Source of the DNA: Perkinsus olseni
Taxonomy: Eukaryota
Assembly: GCA_013115125.1 (NCBI GenBank)
Contig: JABANN010000088.1
Coordinates: forward strand, 1-64,000
Direction: 5' to 3'
Length of the DNA: 64,000 bases
Below are positions 59,635-64,000 of this stretch, in pieces; position 1 is the stretch's first letter, and each line of letters starts with the position of its first letter. A program made the position numbers and the translations under genes. The notes beneath the pieces were generated by a model. The model was given only the letters and a program-made list of their open reading frames with translations. It searched no databases and was not told where the DNA came from.

Positions 59635-62080
59635 CTACACGTCCCTCAGCCTTTCCCACACCTTCTCGGCGATCGGCCTCACCGAGGGCTCGCCATGCCA
59701 ACAATCTATCATCAGTTCACGCAATAGAGATGGGCAGTCCTCGGGCACTAATCCAAGGTCAGGTCTCATACCCTGACAGCGGAGCGACGCAAAATCATTA
59801 CTACACGAGTTGGCACACACCGTGGAGACGTTGATGGCGATGGCGATTGGCGAGAGGTTGGGTTGGTCGGAGTAGGGCCGGGAGCGCGTGATGATCTCAT
59901 ACATACAGATGGCAAACGAGTAGATATCAACCTGGAAACAGCGCCGCGCTCGAGCAGTGCTCCTTTTGGAGTGGGACTATAACCTGATGGTCGCATCGGT
60001 CCTCTGATAGGACCTCCGGGGCCATCCATGCCCATGTACCTGACTGAGGCCTCACCCATGAAGGCCAAGGGCGTACCTCCAGCATCCTGCGTCCCGGAGC
60101 TCCCCTGTGCACTGTCCGGGCCGTGCTTCATCAGTGCTATGCCGAAGTCGGCTATCTTCACGATTGGCACCGACCTGGGAGGGCGGTTACACTACACTGC
60201 TGTGACGGGTATCGTACATAGGGCCCTTGAAGGGATGGGCGAGAAGGAGGTTCTGGGACTTGAGATCTCGGTGGATGATCAAGGGGTGATTGGTGTGGAG
60301 GTAGTAGATACCCTTGGCCGTATCGAAGCATATCTTCCGTTTCTGGACAGGGGGGTCATGGCCACCGCAAGGCCAGCAGGTTGGATACTTGTTGCCAAGT
60401 CATTTCGATATCTGGTCCATTGTACAGTATAGAACTCAGAGCACCGCCGTCACAGAGCTCAGTGACCAGGCGCAGGGGCCGGGACTTGGTGAAGGCGCCC
60501 ATGAAAAGCATTAGATTGGGGTGCCTGTAACCGCATGGACGGCAGGATTCTCTGTTCGTGGCCCACCGGAGATTAACCAGTATGTCGAGCTCCCGCTTGA
60601 ACTCGGCCACCTTCTCTTCGGTCTCCCTTGCTTTGGCCCAGGTTATGTTTTTGATGGCAACATCAGCCTCTCTCCAAGTACCCCGAAAGACGTCCGCTGC
60701 GGCACCCGAGCCCAGCATAGGACCGTATTCTGCAAACCGGGAGTTCTCGGGAGCCTGTTGCACAAGCCCACCGAGGTCAGCAAGGTCAACTTCCCACGGT
60801 TCATCGTCATCATCTTCGGTGGGGAGAATCCTGAGGTTAACTAGAAGTTAACCTTAGTTAACCTTAGTCAAGTATCCAATAGCTCTGCAGTACTCTCTTG
60901 GGAGGCGCTTCCGAAAGGCTCTGATCAGGTCCGGACTGGCGTGGGCGAACGCATGGCAGCACATAACATCCTCAATGAGAGGATCTGCGCGGCAGTCAAG
61001 CAGCAGTTGTATCTGCCCTTTGCTGCACATTGGCAAGCACCCCTGGGGTATGACCATGTCGTAGTTCTCCATCTCTACAGCAGAGTGCAAGGGGGTCCCT
61101 CCAAGGTCATTAACTGCATTCACATCAGCCTTCATTTCTATGAGACAGCTCGCCACCTAGCAGCATCCATGCTCGGGGACCAGCACGAGTTGTAGCACCT
61201 CCGTCCAGCCAATGAGGCTAGCATGGTGCAAGGCTGACCATCCCGAAGCATCCCGGGAGTCCACACCGACGCTGAGCTGACTGTCCTCCACCAAGGCCCG
61301 CACCTCCTTTATGTTCCCTGCTGCTACCTAACTGCCCGACGCTTATCCGAATGGCACTGAGTTCCCCCTACAGCCCGTAGTAGGGCTTCTAACGCGTCCT
61401 TGCCCTGCGGTTTAGTAGACTTCACGGTTTCTACGGGACGCTGCCGTGGTGCCGTGGAGATCTTCCGTATTGTTCCCATCGATTTCAGGAACTCTTCCTA
61501 TCAGACAGAACCTCGGCGTCTGCCGGTTGTATGAGGCTTAACCTTCAGCTCGCCTATTTTCGCGTTGATCTCGGCTTTGGCTTCCTCGTCCTCTGTCGTC
61601 GCGAGCAAGGCATACTGGCTGCGCATCTCCTCCTCTATTAGGCCGGCCTATGATGAACGACGGAATGCCTGGGCATTGCTAGTCCTGGCGCTACCGTCCC
61701 CGCGAAGAGTGATTCTCTCCCACGTTTCTCGGGTCCTGTCGTTTGCTGCTGTTCCTTAAGTGCTGTTTCTTGACACTGAGTTTTCAATCTGCACTACTCC
61801 ACTGCCCCTCTCCCCGTTCCTCCCTTAACTCACCGTTTCAGCTGCTTGGAGAGCTCAGTACGCCGCTTGGAATTGCTTGTTTGGGTCAAGGCCTTGGACA
61901 CTGACCGCAGCTCTTGCTCGAGCTCGCCTAGCTCCCCTGACAGAACCTGAGGAGGCCCTCAGGCAGTCGACCCCACAACACTGTCGAGCAGTTGCTCAGA
62001 GAAACGGTTGAGTCCCGCGTTCCCCGATAGCCGACAGAAAACAGACTATTGCCCCTCCCCGTTATAACCTGATCATCCAT
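59635..62080 (-). CDS. Ankyrin-repeat TKL (MAPKKK-like) protein kinase, multi-exon
   Basis: Ankyrin repeats SGWSALHHA and GGTPLHSAV; kinase motifs LGSGAAADV, VAIK, HPNLMLFMG, HRDLKSQN, KIADFG, GTWAWMAPE, DIYSF, CW...RP. 5' end approximate. Confidence 0.9.
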
Positions 62081-62363
62081 ACGCCACGTTGACTGCTCGG
62101 CCGAGTTGCGCCTTTTCAAAGTCTGGGGCGAGCGCTTGATCGATAGCGCATAATCAAGCGCGCTCGCCCAAAATGAGCCGTTTCGAATCGTCTTAACTCG
62201 TTGATGCCGGCTCTTGTGACTCTTCTTAAGAACCTCGACTGGGTTTTTTCCTACTAGCTTACATGTCGGCGCTCGGGAGTCCACTACCGGCAAGTGGGTA
62301 TTATTTCGAGTCTCCTCTGCCCGAGATGAGGTAGGCGTGTCGATTACTCGATGACTACAACTG

Positions 62364-63082
62364 TTGCTGTCACAAGTCGCTCCTCTTAGTGCCACCTGGC
62401 GTACCCCGGCGAGGCCCTGTCGAGCCGTCCGCCAAGCCGCCCATTCTGCCTGCGGAGCTGACCACTCCACACCGACTGCCGGCACTCTACCCAAGACGGT
62501 TACGATGCAGCATCAACGCCCTCCTCTTCGCCAGTCTCCCACTGTGACTGCTCGAGGCTCTGACGAGAATCGGAACAGCAGCAATCTGGTACGCTATGCG
62601 CCTACTGCACTAGCGTGCATTCCGTGACGTCCTCGGCTCTCAGCTCCCAAGTACATTATTTCCGCCGAGACCTCCCGCCCACAGACGCCGATCGTTGGTG
62701 CCACTGTTCGCAGCTAGCAATGTAGCTCCACAATTTCGAATACGTACGTCGATCGCATCATCAATAGAAATGTCCCCTCCTTCGAAGCCCCTAGCTCGCC
62801 GGTGAGTCGTGCCACTTTCTCCCGTCCTTCAGCGTCACTGTGTTTGTCAGGCTCTCTGTGTTTTGCTTTACTCCCAACCCGACTACTCCGTTGCCTCCTA
62901 CTGCAACAGCAGACCACGCAGAAGTTGACTCTGTAACTAGCGGTATTGCGGCTCAGCTGGACAACCTTCGGCTGCACGCTGGCACAGGGCCGCGGTCGCC
63001 GCCGCCGCCTCGGAAGAATGTCATTCCGCGATACGGCAAGAAACCTTTGAGGCGGGAGTCGGCGAATCTTCGACGATTATGA
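62364..63082 (+). CDS. Low-complexity hypothetical protein, multi-exon
   Basis: P/T/R-rich ORF segments ending KKPLRRESANLRRL*. Confidence 0.3.
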
Positions 63083-63129
63083 TACCCTCCCAAGGATCGG
63101 TTGTTTGTTTAAGTTTTCTATAATGAGGA

Positions 63130-64000
63130 TGATCATGATGCCTCTCCTCTCGAGCCATTAAGGCTTGTAGGGAGTGCGTCTGCCTTCCTGGTTACTTACG
63201 GGCTTGTTGCGCTTGACAAATGCAGAAGCAACAGTGCCGTGTAGAGTATTAGACTTGCGTTGACACCCTTGGCTGTACATAGCCTCCTTTCACGTTTATA
63301 CGGATGATATCCTTCACATCATGTGAATGTATCCTCACCACAGTACAGTAATGTTCATTGATGGTACCATTGAACCCCAACCTCATAGTTGCTCCCCCTC
63401 ATCGCGTACTTGAAGCAACAGCAATAGTGAGTGCATGAGCATGTCAGCGTACGAGATGTCCAGCGTTGTTGCGTGAAGTCGGTTGGATATTTGAAGCTGT
63501 TGTTTGGCGTAGATGGTAGCCTGGCTGAAGAGGGTTATACGGGACGGCGGGGAGTCTCCAGAGCATGCCGAGGATGCGGAAACTACATGTGACACCAGCT
63601 GCTGCATCGATTGCTCATTGTTTGGCTTAGGCGTGGGAGGCCTTTGTCAACAGCTAAGCGTGGATTTATTGGTATGTTGATCAGGTCCGGCTCCGTCCAT
63701 GACCGAGTGGTCGAGCAGTAGGACTTCGAGGACTGCTCGATCTGCCACCGGTTATGATGCCATGCCTGGTCTCCTGGATGTTCCGCTGTCGGTCATGCTG
63801 TTAGTAGGCTGCATCGCATGCTTGACTCGCATGGTCATGAAGATACTCTCTCAGGTAGCATCGTGCCTTGATCGCGAGTCCATCAACAGCTTAGTGTCGG
63901 TGGACTCCCGACTACGAGATTGTCTGATTCCTGAAATGCCGCTTGCTGCTCCCCGGAGGAGCGTACGTGTTGACAAGCCCTACGATGGTCGTGAAGGGAA
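63130..64000 (-). CDS. 3' part of a hypothetical multi-exon gene running off the window
   Basis: Minus-strand exon-like segments (SMQQLVSHVVS..., QISNRLHATTLDISYADML). Confidence 0.25.

Noticed and set aside
60833-60868. Inverted/direct repeats and an apparent in-frame stop in the kinase
   Set aside because: Lies within a canonical intron; splicing gives RLPRE|ILPTEDD.

Overview
Gene-dense eukaryotic (protist) genomic DNA with many short GT-AG introns. Gene architecture and the family of intronless secreted subtilisins suggest an alveolate of the Perkinsus type (inference, not proven). Recognisable genes: a CELF/Bruno-like 3xRRM+WW RNA-binding protein, 5-formyl-THF cyclo-ligase, a LicD/fukutin-family transferase, small Cys-rich proteins, a heme oxygenase with several CP motifs, a U1-type Zn-finger protein, MYG1, four S8 subtilisins, Mpv17/PMP22, a TOM1/THH1-like multipass protein, an alpha/beta hydrolase, a HAD 'Swiss-army-knife' phosphatase, a coiled-coil protein, an OSCA/TMEM63 channel and an ankyrin-TKL kinase. 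Exon structures were reconstructed by hand, so boundaries are approximate. The most unusual non-coding signals are: (1) a 17-18 nt element present once antisense and twice sense in the non-coding parts of the CELF-like gene, a possible docker/selector or back-splicing switch; (2) a ~500 bp intergenic stretch packed with more than ten hairpins/palindromes plus direct repeats; (3) a 142 bp identical tract between two diverged subtilisin pro-domains; (4) an isolated tRNA 3' half; (5) an AT-rich island inside one intron.
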